Positions 32,793 to 46,426 of a DNA stretch of 64,000 nucleotides are shown piece by piece. The position numbers and the translations under genes were made by a program. Origin of the DNA: Perkinsus chesapeaki ATCC PRA-425 (lineage: Eukaryota > Protista > Perkinsozoa); contig JAAPAO010000015.1 of assembly GCA_013115145.1 (NCBI GenBank), positions 77,820 to 141,819 of the forward strand, written 5' to 3'. Position 1 is the first letter of the stretch, and every line of letters begins with the position of its first letter. The notes under the pieces were generated by a model. It ran no database searches. It was not told the origin of the DNA and saw only the letters and a list, made by a program, of their open reading frames with translations.

Positions 32793-35558
32793 ATGAGGTA
32801 TCGAATCACTTTCCCCTGGGGGACGCATCTATCGACCCGACATCGGAAACCCGGAACCAGCCTAGATGCAAGTTTGGAACCGCAGCCCGTTGGTCGAGTA
32901 GCAAGTAGCCAGCAAGGAAGCGGAAGGCATTGGCTTCCTTCAGAGGATAATGACGAGTTGGCAACTGACTGTCAAGGTGAACCGCATTGGGACTGGAAGG
33001 AGAAATCAACCAATATGCGAGGCAAATTCAAGCAGGCGGAACGCTTTCGAGTGCCGCGAACGAGGAACAAGTCGGTAAGGCCAAGAAGACTCACTATTGT
33101 TAAGGAAGCTGAGAATCATGACAGGCTTTCACCAATCCGGGTGATTCTGATTTCAATCGCGTGAAACGGCAATATGATCGCTGCTCGGCTGTGATGCGTC
33201 GACCGCTTATCGATCGGAGCCGCCGCCTTCCTATGCCGTATTGCCGGCCTAGCTCGGAGGCGGTCAGCACGCCAATGCAACAGACACAGAACAAACCAAG
33301 TAAAGCATCTCATATTTGTTCGCGTGCTCACTTTTTCCAGCGCGGAATCGCTGTCACGTGCGTCCGGGGAAGCTTACTGTGCACCGTGGGCCGGATGGGC
33401 GCTTCGGACTTAGTGTGAAAGACGGGGAACTGAGGACCCCACAAGGACGCCACCGTGTTGTGAGTATAGATGGCAAAAGACTCGACGACAAAAGGCTGAT
33501 AGGATTGTGTTATCGATTGTCAAAGAGCAACGCGCGTTACCTGACTATCGAGAAGGGGCAGCCACGACCACCGAAGGCTGAACAGCTACAGCAAGCTGTC
33601 ATAGAGGACGAGCAATATGAAGATACGACGGAGAAAATCCGTACTCCCCCCAAAAATGACAACGTGTCTGAGGAGAGTCAATCTCGGCAAAGCTCTCCTA
33701 GCGGAGGCCAGACTGATCTTACCGCGACTGCTCTTTCAAAGCTTACACCATCACAAACGCCTAGAGACCAGCCGAGGAACCTTCCGGAAAATGCACCATC
33801 AGAAATCTCTACAAGCGCATCATCAGCAATGCCTGACAAACCAGTACGATCAATGGCGACATTTGGCCAGTCCAAGACGGATAGATTCAAGGCCATGGGA
33901 GGCCCGTCCGGTCGCGAGTGGCCAATAGACCCTACTGGACCACCGAGTCGTATAAAGGGCGGTTCTATAATGCCTCTCCATCAGAGTAGAGCGAGTGCTC
34001 CTCAGCAGCAGCATCATATGTCAAACATTGACCCCAAGCTGGAACTGGTCCGAGAACGCACTCCCAGCGCAATCATTGGTCCTGAATCCACGTCAGCGGC
34101 AACACGAAGGAGCTCTACCCTCGGGCCGGGCACATACGATCCTTCGCCGCCTTCACCCACACGGTGTAACACTGTTATTAAGGACAGAGTATTTCCGGTA
34201 CTGCCGCCTGGGCTGTCACTGGAAGGGACGTTTCACCCGGGCCCTGGTGCGTACGACGTGTCCACAGAGTCGTCGGCCCCCGGTGGAACACTAAGCTTCC
34301 AAATGGCACAGCGTTTCAGTTACGGTGGGTGGGCGTGATCAACGTTCACTGTTACAATGGCTATTAGGTCGAGCAGCTGAGTGGCACGATATCGGAGGTT
34401 ATGAGAAGAAGCCTCAACGACGTCGCATCCCAAGTGCCGTGATACTACCCGAAGGAGTTTGCCTGTCTAAAATGGTGAGTGAAGGTAACCTCAGTCAGTA
34501 TGCGAATTTCAGGTGAGACAATTCGGCCCGGAACCCGCCACGTACACACCGTGCCATGCTGACCTGTACAGGCCAGATGTCGGTATTTTGCAGTGGAGCC
34601 GCGCCCGAGATGTTGCTATACGATACGCGCATGAACGGTTGTTCGGAGACAGCAGGAGAGAGATCGACAATTTGGTTGGGAAGTGAGAACAGACATGCCG
34701 CCGTCAGCTTGTCCTTCATCAGGACTCCAAATGGTCAGCTCTCACTCGCCCTAACTATGACGAGTGCATACGAACTCGTAAGGGTTCGCTGGTTGACTAT
34801 CAACTATCAGAAAGGCCGGCTGCCAAATATCCGCCACATGTAGGCGGTGCTGTCTAGGCCGTTTAGATGAAACTAATATAAGGCAGGTTCCGACTAACGC
34901 AGGGTGCTCTGATAACTGGCATTTCTACGATACGAGGCCTCCAGAGTGCAACGAGTTTACCGCCTTTTTCTCTTCTAAACATGACTTTGATGAATGGCAG
35001 AGAGTGGCCAGATGCCGTGAACTACAACAAGGAATAGCGCGCCGTCGCGAGAATCCACAAGCGGAGCTCTTCGCGTACTCCCTCCCAGATCTGCCTGATG
35101 GGAAAGGGGTTACTTTTGCTGGTGCATGCCATTCGCCGACCCCACCAGATAATGAAGGACACATCCTTATCTTGGACCCCCAGCTTCCTTGCCGAGTGGG
35201 AGGCTCATTAGAGTTTCAATTGCGAACTGGAAGGGAGAGCCCTACTGAAGACTCCGGTGGAGACGTTTTAATCCTCTCCCCGCGTAAAATCCCCAAGCAT
35301 ACTGGTGGGGCGATCCCTTATGAGTTACAGCCTGCTAGAGAAACTCAGTTATTCTGTCATGTGGCCGGTGTAGGATCAGAAGATCAGGTCTACACCACAC
35401 AGCCTCCGCGCGAAACAGCGCCAGATGACGTTCCTGACGAATGTTTAACCAACTTCGAGGAAGTGGAGCGTTCTCGTCCTCTGGGACACTTGCCAAAGTG
35501 GTTGCTTCGAATGAAGAATCGCCGGCGGAGTGGCTTGCCGGTTGTATTCGAGGATTGA
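32793..35558 (+). CDS. SHIPPO/ODF3-type PG-rich repeat protein with a PDZ-like segment; probably flagellar
   Basis: LGPGTYDP, HPGPGAYDV, GPEPATYTP and F..AxRF elements; HRGPDGRFGLSV resembles a PDZ start. Exons can be joined from ORF 32787 through 33316..34338; linkage to 35004..35558 is less certain. Confidence 0.55.
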
Positions 35559-35659
35559 TGTGTCCCTTTGCGGCTTTGTGTTTTTGAGTGACTTGTGAAA
35601 ACACAATAGGACGGTGATTCAAGAAAGTACTGGAATAACCTCGTCTATGCAAACTCGTG

Positions 35660-36825
35660 CTACGAGCCAAACTGGGCCACATCAGAACTTGAACTGACCG
35701 ATCCATTCTCCAGGTTATCGCTACCGGGGCTCCCAGGAGAAGTAGTGCCAAGCATATTGTCCCGCGCAGTCTGCATCGTTTGTTCTCGATGGATTGATTG
35801 TTGAGTGGCAGAGTGAGCACTCGAAGCCATTGTTATACCAGGAAACAATTCCTGTTCTATTTGCTGCATGTCCTCCTTCGACGATGCTTGATCATAGAGC
35901 CATGAAACAACCTTAGCCGCCTAAGAAGAAACCTCTATACGAAACGAGGCTGCTCCTAAGGGTTATTACCTGGACCGGTGATAACATACCCCGCAGATTT
36001 TCAACACATTTCTGCATACTATAAGCTCTAATGCTCAACGCTCTTTTCATGTGCTCGATAGCGCGAAGACAGCTCAATGTCTGCTGCTTCTCCTGAGTTA
36101 ACATTTCTTCTATTTGCTGCAGCTGGGCCTTCTGCTCGCCGCTCAGTCCTAACTGTCCTTCTAGCTGAGTCCAGTCCCTCTTAACCTCATTAGCATGTGC
36201 ATTATTAGCCTCCAAAGCAGTCGGTTGTCGACCCTCTGCTGAGACCGTGGTTTCCGTGGTTCTGTTATTCCCACTTCCATAAGAGAAAGGTCCTAGCCTT
36301 CGCTCATTGAGCCAAAAAAGTAACATGTTGACAGGTGATATGAATAGCTCGGTTAACTGCTCCAAATCCTTTTCAATACCAACTCTTCTCTCAACACCAT
36401 TAGATCCTAGCCGAACCAAAAGTGTATCAACCAAACTGAACAATTCAACACTTGTAGTGTTGCCTGATGACACCGCAGCTCTCAGCTGGTTGACATTATT
36501 CTTTGTTTCCTGGTCGAGGCTTTCCAATGATAAGCCTGTCGCTGCATATTCCTTCATGCGATTCACTTCAGTGCTCAGTTTTTGAACTTTATCTTCGAGC
36601 ATCTCCAGGTATATTTTCTTTCTTTTCCGAGATTCTCTAGCGGACTCTCGGTTCCTCGTAAGTCTATTAGCCTAATCACAATAGCCTCCTAATGAACAGC
36701 CTCGACCCTAAGCCTACCTCCCCATCAACGTGACCAGGTATCAGCCGTCCATCACCACCTCGGAGACCTCGTGAAAGGTCACTGCTCTCGAGGGTGTTGT
36801 GGTAGTCGGGTGGATCAGAAGACAT
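35660..36825 (-). CDS. bZIP transcription factor with a long helical C-terminal domain
   Basis: Spliced NRLTRNRESARESRKRKKIYLEMLEDKVQKLSTEVNRM (basic region NxxSAxxSR plus Leu heptads); ATG at 36825. Confidence 0.85.
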
Positions 36826-37011
36826 GCGACGATCGTATGGGAAATAATGAATAGCTGACCTGAGTCTAAGTCTACATAGATTCTACGGTAGCCTCCTTCG
36901 ACCACATTCCAAGACCACAACACTTAGATAAAACATAAACACATAACTTATATAAAAATATATGCTAATTTCAAGACAATGGACTGCTGACTGTGGCATC
37001 AAAAAATAATA

Positions 37012-38054
37012 TCACCGATCAAGCGATGAAAGATGGTCGTCTATTCTCCTTAGGAGTTTGTCGTATATCAAAAGCCCTCTGTCACATACGTTATCGAGCC
37101 CAAGTAGGCCTATGTGCTCCATCTCATCCATCTTGGCGGCAATCCAATAGTGAAGGTTGGAGAAGTACTCGTCCATTAGTAGGCTTGAATGATGCTCCGT
37201 TATACCGTTAAATTGGTTAAAGTCGTACTGCCAATGCGCAGCTGTTGTGGTGATGCGACCGTCCTCTGGGGGAGCGTCCGAGAACAACTCTATCAGAGTG
37301 TCCACCATTTCCTTCACTTTCACGGAAGGGCCGTGCCCGTCGGCAAAACAAGGTTCATAGCTCAGAGCGTCACCGTCACTCTCCTTGGTGTAGCACTCAA
37401 CATCCCCTCTGCCCAGTGTACAGTTTCCGGCTTCGAACACAAAAACATGCCCCCCATTAGCCAATCGACCGAGCCGTTTAGCGTCGCCGACAGTGAGACC
37501 ACGAAGCTCATCACAGGGCATGCCGGACCCCCCGAAGGACTTCATCAGTCCGAGGCTCTCCGACACATTCCCCACCTCCCTGCGACATTCTTCAGTGTCT
37601 GGTAGGTACTGCTGGTATTGGACCAAGAGGAGCTCATCGGGGTGTGTGCCAGCCCAGGTGATTAGGTCCTGTAAGGCCCTCTGTAGGGGTACGTTAATAA
37701 CAAAGATGCCATGGTGGATCCTAACGACGCCGTCATCTCGGCAGGCACCTCGCAGATCGAAAGCCCGTGCCCCGCAGTCTAACTGCTGTTGTAGGTCACC
37801 AACTTGATTCTTCGACCATCGAACGATGTCCTCGAGAGAAGGGTCGGTGTATCCCATACCAGCATCATGGCTGAATATCTGAGGGAGGAGTAATAACAAC
37901 AACGGCAGGAGCTGAGGAGGAGGAAGAAGCTCACCATTGGATAGTGATTGAGGGGTATGGTATCGATACTGGAACTGGAGGCCGAGATGCTAATGGTGAT
38001 TGAAAAGAGAAGGAGAATGGCGGAGGGATGCATTGAAGGAATTAAGATTATCAT
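37012..38054 (-). CDS. Secreted PI-PLC X-domain (PLC-like phosphodiesterase) protein, paralog A
   Basis: Signal peptide MHPSAILLLFSITISISA; IPLNHYPM|IFSHDAG, KNQ..LQQQLDCGARAFDLR, IHHG, HPDELLLV. Confidence 0.85.
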
Positions 38055-38283
38055 TGCTACATAAACAGGTCGAGGTCGAACCGCTGCCGGATGGCCCCAT
38101 AGAGAGGAGGAGGGCACTATATAGTTTGTAAGTTATAAAATGATAATCACCAGTAGACTACGTTAACACAACACTATGAGAAAGTGACTTGACAATAGGA
38201 GTTTGGGTGCCAGTAATACAAAGCAGGCACAGGTGGAGGCAAAAGACATGACGAAATAAACAATATAGCACCAACGATGAAGA

Positions 38284-39322
38284 CTACGCAATGGTCATGG
38301 ACTGACCACTTCGGCCGTAGTGTTCGCCAAGCGCTATCGCTCGTTCATTCAGTTTATCATTCAATAACTTACCATTGTTACACACATTTTCCACTTGTAA
38401 CATATTTATATTCTCAAACTTTTCAACACGTAAAGCCAAGAAGTAGTTTAGACGACTGAAGTACTCGTCCATGATAAGGCTCGAACTGGCCAACCCGACT
38501 CCTGAAAACTGGTCCAGGTTGTACTGCCAGTGGGCCTCGTTGGTCAGAAACTTCGACCCATTCGGCGTCATATGAGATATCTCTTCGATAGAGTTCAAGA
38601 AGTCTTCCACCTTGGCGGACGGCTCGGTAGCGTTCATCTCCGTGAAGCAGTCGACCGACCACTTTCCTTCGGCATCTTGAGAGTAGCATTTCTTGTCACC
38701 ATGGTCCTCACCGCACTCGAGCTCATAGACGAAGACATGCCCACCGGAGGAGACTTTGGAGGCTTCCTTCGCCTTACCAACTGTCATACCGTCAAGAGCG
38801 CTGCAGGACACTTCAGGACTGCCGATGGATTTCATAAGGTTAAGCTCGGCCAGAATTGGGGTGACCTTAGCCTTGCATTCGGGGGTGTCTGGACCATACC
38901 ATCCAAGGCGCACAAAGACGACCTCGTCGGGATTCTCCTGTGCCCATCTCATCGCATCCTGTAACACAGACTTGAGGGGCGCGCGGACCACCACGAGGCC
39001 GTGGTGGACATAAACACCGCCATCACCTTCACAGGCCGGGCGGAGGTCGAAGGCTCGCGCTCCACAAGCAAGCTGATCGTACAGTGTGCCGACTTGGTTC
39101 TTGGTGCACCGCAGAACGAGATTGCTTGTGTTCGGCAAATACCCCATAGCTGCATCATGGGTCATTAACTGAGATGTAGGATATGATTACTACAACAACA
39201 GCGAAGCGACTTACTATGGGAAAGTGGTTCAATGGTATGTCATCGATGCCCGCTCGGATACAGGGCAAGAACGCGACGAGGCAGATGAGGATGATGTTGT
39301 TGAGGGTGGTCAAAAAAGCCAT
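38284..39322 (-). CDS. Secreted PI-PLC X-domain protein, paralog B
   Basis: Signal peptide MAFLTTLNNILICLVAFLPCIRA; IPLNHFPI|LMTHDAA, KNQ..LYDQLACGARAFDLR, VHHG, NPDEVVFV; same intron position as paralog A. Confidence 0.85.
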
Positions 39323-39607
39323 TGGGGGGGAGCGAGGCAGGATGAACTAGGCAGGTAATATGACGCACGACGCAAGTCATTCAGGGCGCCTCCTTCGAGA
39401 TAGGATCAAATGGAGGCCTTAATCACCACGACATGAACCGATTGAGAGGGCCTTGTCATGGTCAAGATGATGACAGGGCGGCCACCATAACTAACACAAG
39501 ATGCTTGAATATAATATTCTAAACAATAATCACCAACACAGTGTAAAAAAAGCAATCAGAGTAGATGGGAGGAGGGCACCAAAGGCGGCGGAGGCGGCAG
39601 CAAGGAT

Positions 39608-41834
<2,227 letters not shown>

Positions 41835-42135
41835 TGGGGTTAATAATAACAACTCTAAGGGTGGCTGAGGTATACAGAAAGAGGTAGTAAGGCCACGATG
41901 ATGAAGTGGTCAATACGATTGTTAGTAGTAGTAGTAGCGAGCACACAAAAACTGTCCCCATATCAATAACTACTAAGATGCCGCCGCTAGATACTACTAC
42001 CATTCCCTCCATCCATAACCAGTAACAATACTTTAAGATGATAATAATAATGTGACACATGCTTCTTCTTCTATTATTAGGGTCTTGTTGTTGATAATGA
42101 CTATTCTATCATACACACACTAGGACAACCAAGAG

Positions 42136-44890
42136 TTACTGAATTGCCGCCATCACCAACAACCCGTGATGAGGCCCATGAGGACGAATGTTATGACCAG
42201 CTACTTCAACGGCTCCGGAGTATTCGTAGAGCTTCTCCCATATAGTCTTTATCCTCACTAAATACCGCCCGTCTTGCCATGCTCTCCGCTGACCTGACAA
42301 CGCTCTTGTGGCGTAACTGATGTCATCAGCTTTACCTGGCATCTGGTATGAGCTCCTCATCGCCATCAATGCTCTCTTCTACTACTGACCCCTGCCCAGT
42401 GGACCTGCAAGCCGCGGAGGAAGTGCCCGTCCAGTGCCACCCCCACCAGGCCTACTCGCCACAGTCCAGAGAGTCCCCCCGGCTCCTCGGTGTCTCTACT
42501 AGCTTGTACCTCTCAAACAACTTCCATGCCGCCCGATTGAATGCTGCATTTTTAGGTAGTTTCTGCAAGGCTGCGAAGAACTTAGCCAGCGCTAGGTGAT
42601 GAGATGGGTCCCTCAAGCGGCTCAGTACAAGTGACGTGAGCCTGGAGTTTAAACCAAAGATGCTCTTGATGTCCTCGAGACCCTCGAGATCTATAGGGTT
42701 CACCGCGTCGGAGGTCGCCAGAGGCTTCCGAATGTTCCGTATCTTGCCGCCAAGGTCCGGCAGCCCTCCTTGTATAGCTATGTACTCCATGGTTTTGGGG
42801 TTGACCCAGAAACCATAGGCCCCTCTAGGCAGGTCCTGGAGGACAATCACTGTGGCTGGGTCGGCCTGTCCAAGCTGAGCAGGTGATAACGCCCGAATGA
42901 TACCATCACACATGAGGATACGTTCGCCAGGGGCCACGTCACGAGCCGCCATAACACGGAAAGGGCCTTCTCGAGCCACTCGCTCAGGTGGCATTCGTAC
43001 CACTTCCACGGCGTCAGTATCGAAGACGGGTGACCTATGCTTCTCCCCGTGGTCGTGGAGGTACCCATGCAACAGAGCAGCATGACCATAGGAATCGGTA
43101 AGGTCCTCATACACCTCACCGAACCCCAACCGAGGCGCCGCCGATTCATCCCCACTTTCAGCAGCTCCTCCATTGCCTCCTTTCTTTCCTCGACGAGATC
43201 TACCAGTGGTGGTGGTGGATGCCCCTGTAACAGTACAGGGCTGCCGGTACACTGTAAGCTCCTCTCGAGCCTTCAGAGGACGCAGAGCAACCAGACCTTT
43301 GAGACCAAGCCGCATACCAGGGTCGCCAGCTGGAGACTGATAGACCCATATGCAGTTGGGAGTCAACGATCTAGTAAGGTACCTAGCAGAGGAACAGGTC
43401 CAGAGTGCCTGGGGGCCAGGCTGACCTAGCCACACCACCGGAGCTGCAGTCCACCACCAAGGTGCGATTCTGCTCCTTCACCCCACCCTCCATTCGACAT
43501 AGCAACATCTTTGCAGCCCGCAGCTCGAGAGTACAATCATCCAAGGCCACCTCAGACAGGGCCTTGTACTCCTCGGTTAGCTCATCATGGACCGATCTGA
43601 GCCTCGCCAGGAGATATGCTGCCACATCCTCCCCGAGCTCATTCCCAAAGGCCTCCAGCATGTCAGTCAACCACACTATAAAGCGAGTACGGCAAATCGA
43701 GGCTCTCGTGGCCGTTGAATTCACTGCTCTAGTTTCCTAATTGAATCCCTCCATCTCAGCAACAACAGCCTCATCATCCTTACCTTTCGCTCAGTCTCTA
43801 TAGCCTTCCTCCACCACTTCAATGCTTTCCTTATATTACTCTTCGTCGGTTTCAATTCCGATGCTGCCTCAGCTACTATAAGATAGCACCACAGCACCCA
43901 ACTGGCCGGCTCCTTCCTGAAGCAGCAATACCCACCCCTCCGCCGCCCAGCCACCCAACGTACTTCAAATTTTTCCCTGCTAACAGTAGAGCCTCCTTAG
44001 CATTGACTGCTGCATCCTGTAGCTCTCTAAATGCCCATTTGATGCGTGCAAGTCCCACAAACCACGGGAAGCATTTTTGCAGTTGCATGTAGACCTCATT
44101 ACCATTACGGACGCCCCCATCATCAAGCTTGTGTGCGAAGGTGTACGCTTCGCTGATGGACCTAAAATGGACCAGACTTCACAGTTGAGGACTCCACCAC
44201 CACCAACACCTGCTCCTACTACTATTACCCCATGTTCAGGAGACAGTCGATCTTTTGTGTCACAGCCCAGGCCTTTGTAGCCGGTGGCACCCGCTTATCC
44301 GCGATCACTGAGTTACATATCTTCACAGCACTCTTATCCTGACCCGACTCAGTGTGCGACACAATTAATGTCTCCCTAATACCATCGAGTAACCTAAAAG
44401 CCTCATCATCCCCAAGCGCCTCCTCCTCCTCCCCCTCTCACCTATACCCCGGCCCATACCGCTCCAGTGAGCCTCCCCACCACCGTGTCCCCCAATCCTC
44501 ATTAAGCAGATAGCTCGGCAACTTCAGCATGGCATTGGCCGCCTTAATGCATTTACTGTACTGGCAACTATTGTACGTTTTATCCATCTCATCCATCAGT
44601 CTATCCAGCTTCTCCTGCCATACCGCTCTTCCCTCAACTACCGCTTCAGACGACGGGGCAGCCGACTCCTCTCTATCACCTTCTACCCGCTGTGACTCCG
44701 GTCCCTGCTAGGGCCATGCCACAAATCCCGAAGTAGCCAGACCTACCCGAGTGGGCCTTTTACTGGTCACTCCACCAGCTGCCTTCGCCTGCCTTTGCTG
44801 TCCCTCCTTCGGCTGCGCCTTAGTCCTTAGTCTCTTCTTTTCATTACCCTCCTCACTGGAGACATTCCTTCGTTTAGTTGGACCATGCAT
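42136..44890 (-). CDS. Hypothetical protein with degenerate SET-like segments
   Basis: VVDCSSGG..ARYLTRSLTPNC...VALRPLKAREELTVY resembles a SET C-terminal half; FRVMAARDVAPGERIL..DGII resembles a SET N-terminal half. Joining of the upstream exons (43383-44890) into one gene is inferred. Confidence 0.4.
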
Positions 44891-44960
44891 TAATAAAATA
44901 CTTCTACATCCCCAAGCCCCCTCAGCAACTCGGACCTCTGCATCACTTAGAAACATGAAG

Positions 44961-46048
44961 TCATCGGAGGAGCCCTCGGCCCTGCATCACCGAAAGGGCC
45001 TCCTTCAGATCTACCACCACATCATCGGGACTAAGACTGCAGCCCAATCTTTCCAGGTCAACCTCCCCTGAATCAAGCTCGATCGTCGCTAAGATACTCC
45101 GCGGTACCTCTTCGAAGCTTCTCCCTGATAGCTCCTGTAGGGTCCACCAGGAATGCCCTCCAGCCAGCCCGTCGAGCTCCAGCATAGTCCCCGTTGAGTC
45201 TATTCCCCAAATGCATCATCTCCTCCGGGACTATCTCTGCTCCGGTAGGGTCAAACAACCCCCTCGCGACATTAGCCTGAGACACCGATACCAAGACCAT
45301 AAAGAAGCGTGCTACCTTCCTCAAAGCCTCCTGGAATGCAGCCAGACTCGGCTTGACAAGAGGTGGGTCGTAGTCTCCCCCCAGAACTGCAAAGTGGAGA
45401 GCCTCGTGGAGACCATCACACAACGGCAATGTGTCATCAATGTAACGAGCATAGGAGTTGTCCAACAAGCCGGTGATGATGCCTGAGACGCCATTATAGC
45501 GGCGGGGGATACCTCCAGCAGCCCAAGGTACCTACCTTGACCCTGACAATGCATCAGGAAATCCTTCGCACCCGGCTGGGCCTGCCAGGTCCTCACCGAC
45601 CCGAATTCAGAGAAGATATATTGGAAGAAGATATCAAACTGCTCAGCTGACCACCCAGTAGCCTAGCCACCATCATCTTAGGCTGCACTCCAAAGCCAAG
45701 GCTCACTGGCATCCCTGGGGCATTCAGAGTCTCCAACACCGACAGCCTCCACCAGTCCTTATAGTAGGCCAACTCTGAAGGCAACATATACACCCTCCAC
45801 AACGAGACCAATGTTTTTTTGCCTTCCGTCCTCTCCTTCGTGGCCTGTGATTGCCCTCCTCCCCTTGTCAGTGAGAAGTTCGGGTAGCGAGCCTGGACGG
45901 TCTTAAATCCATGTGCATAGGCCCGCTTGACATCCTCCTCCTCTACTTCAAGCCCAAACCGTTTCATTGCCGCATGGTAGACAATATGGACTGGTCGACG
46001 AAGACCTATTAAAGTGGGTATGCACTCAGTGGTGATACATCGTATCAT
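44961..46048 (-). CDS. HAD-superfamily (HDHD3/REG-2-like) protein with altered catalytic motifs
   Basis: IRCITTECIPTLIG, VYHAAMKRFGLEV, WWRLSVLETL, VKPSLAAFQEAL, MHLGNRLNGDYAGARRAGWRAFLV; last exon GEVDLERL...RGLLR-stop. Confidence 0.75.
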
Positions 46049-46426
46049 TTAAGTAGACCAACTAATAGGTTTGAGGTATTGATAATGAGACTTAGAATAC
46101 AACACATAGAACCATTCTTGTTATTATCATTATAACCCACAACAGCATGGTATTCATAGAGGGAGGAGGCACGGTACCAGTCCACATTGGAGGACTGCAT
46201 ACAAGGACCAATTAATAAAAATATCAAGTCTCCTGGTAACCGAGGAGACGCGAAAAAATAAAAAAAAGAAGAGAGCTCTACTACTACTGCTGCTGTGATA
46301 GGCATGCAATGGGATTACTAGTGCTGCTGCCTTGTCGTCATCGTGGAAGGCAGCCAACCTCCTCGTCTCCAAATTAGAGAGCATAAGGGGAAATAATAAT
46401 AATGACAACGACAATGACGTCAAACG

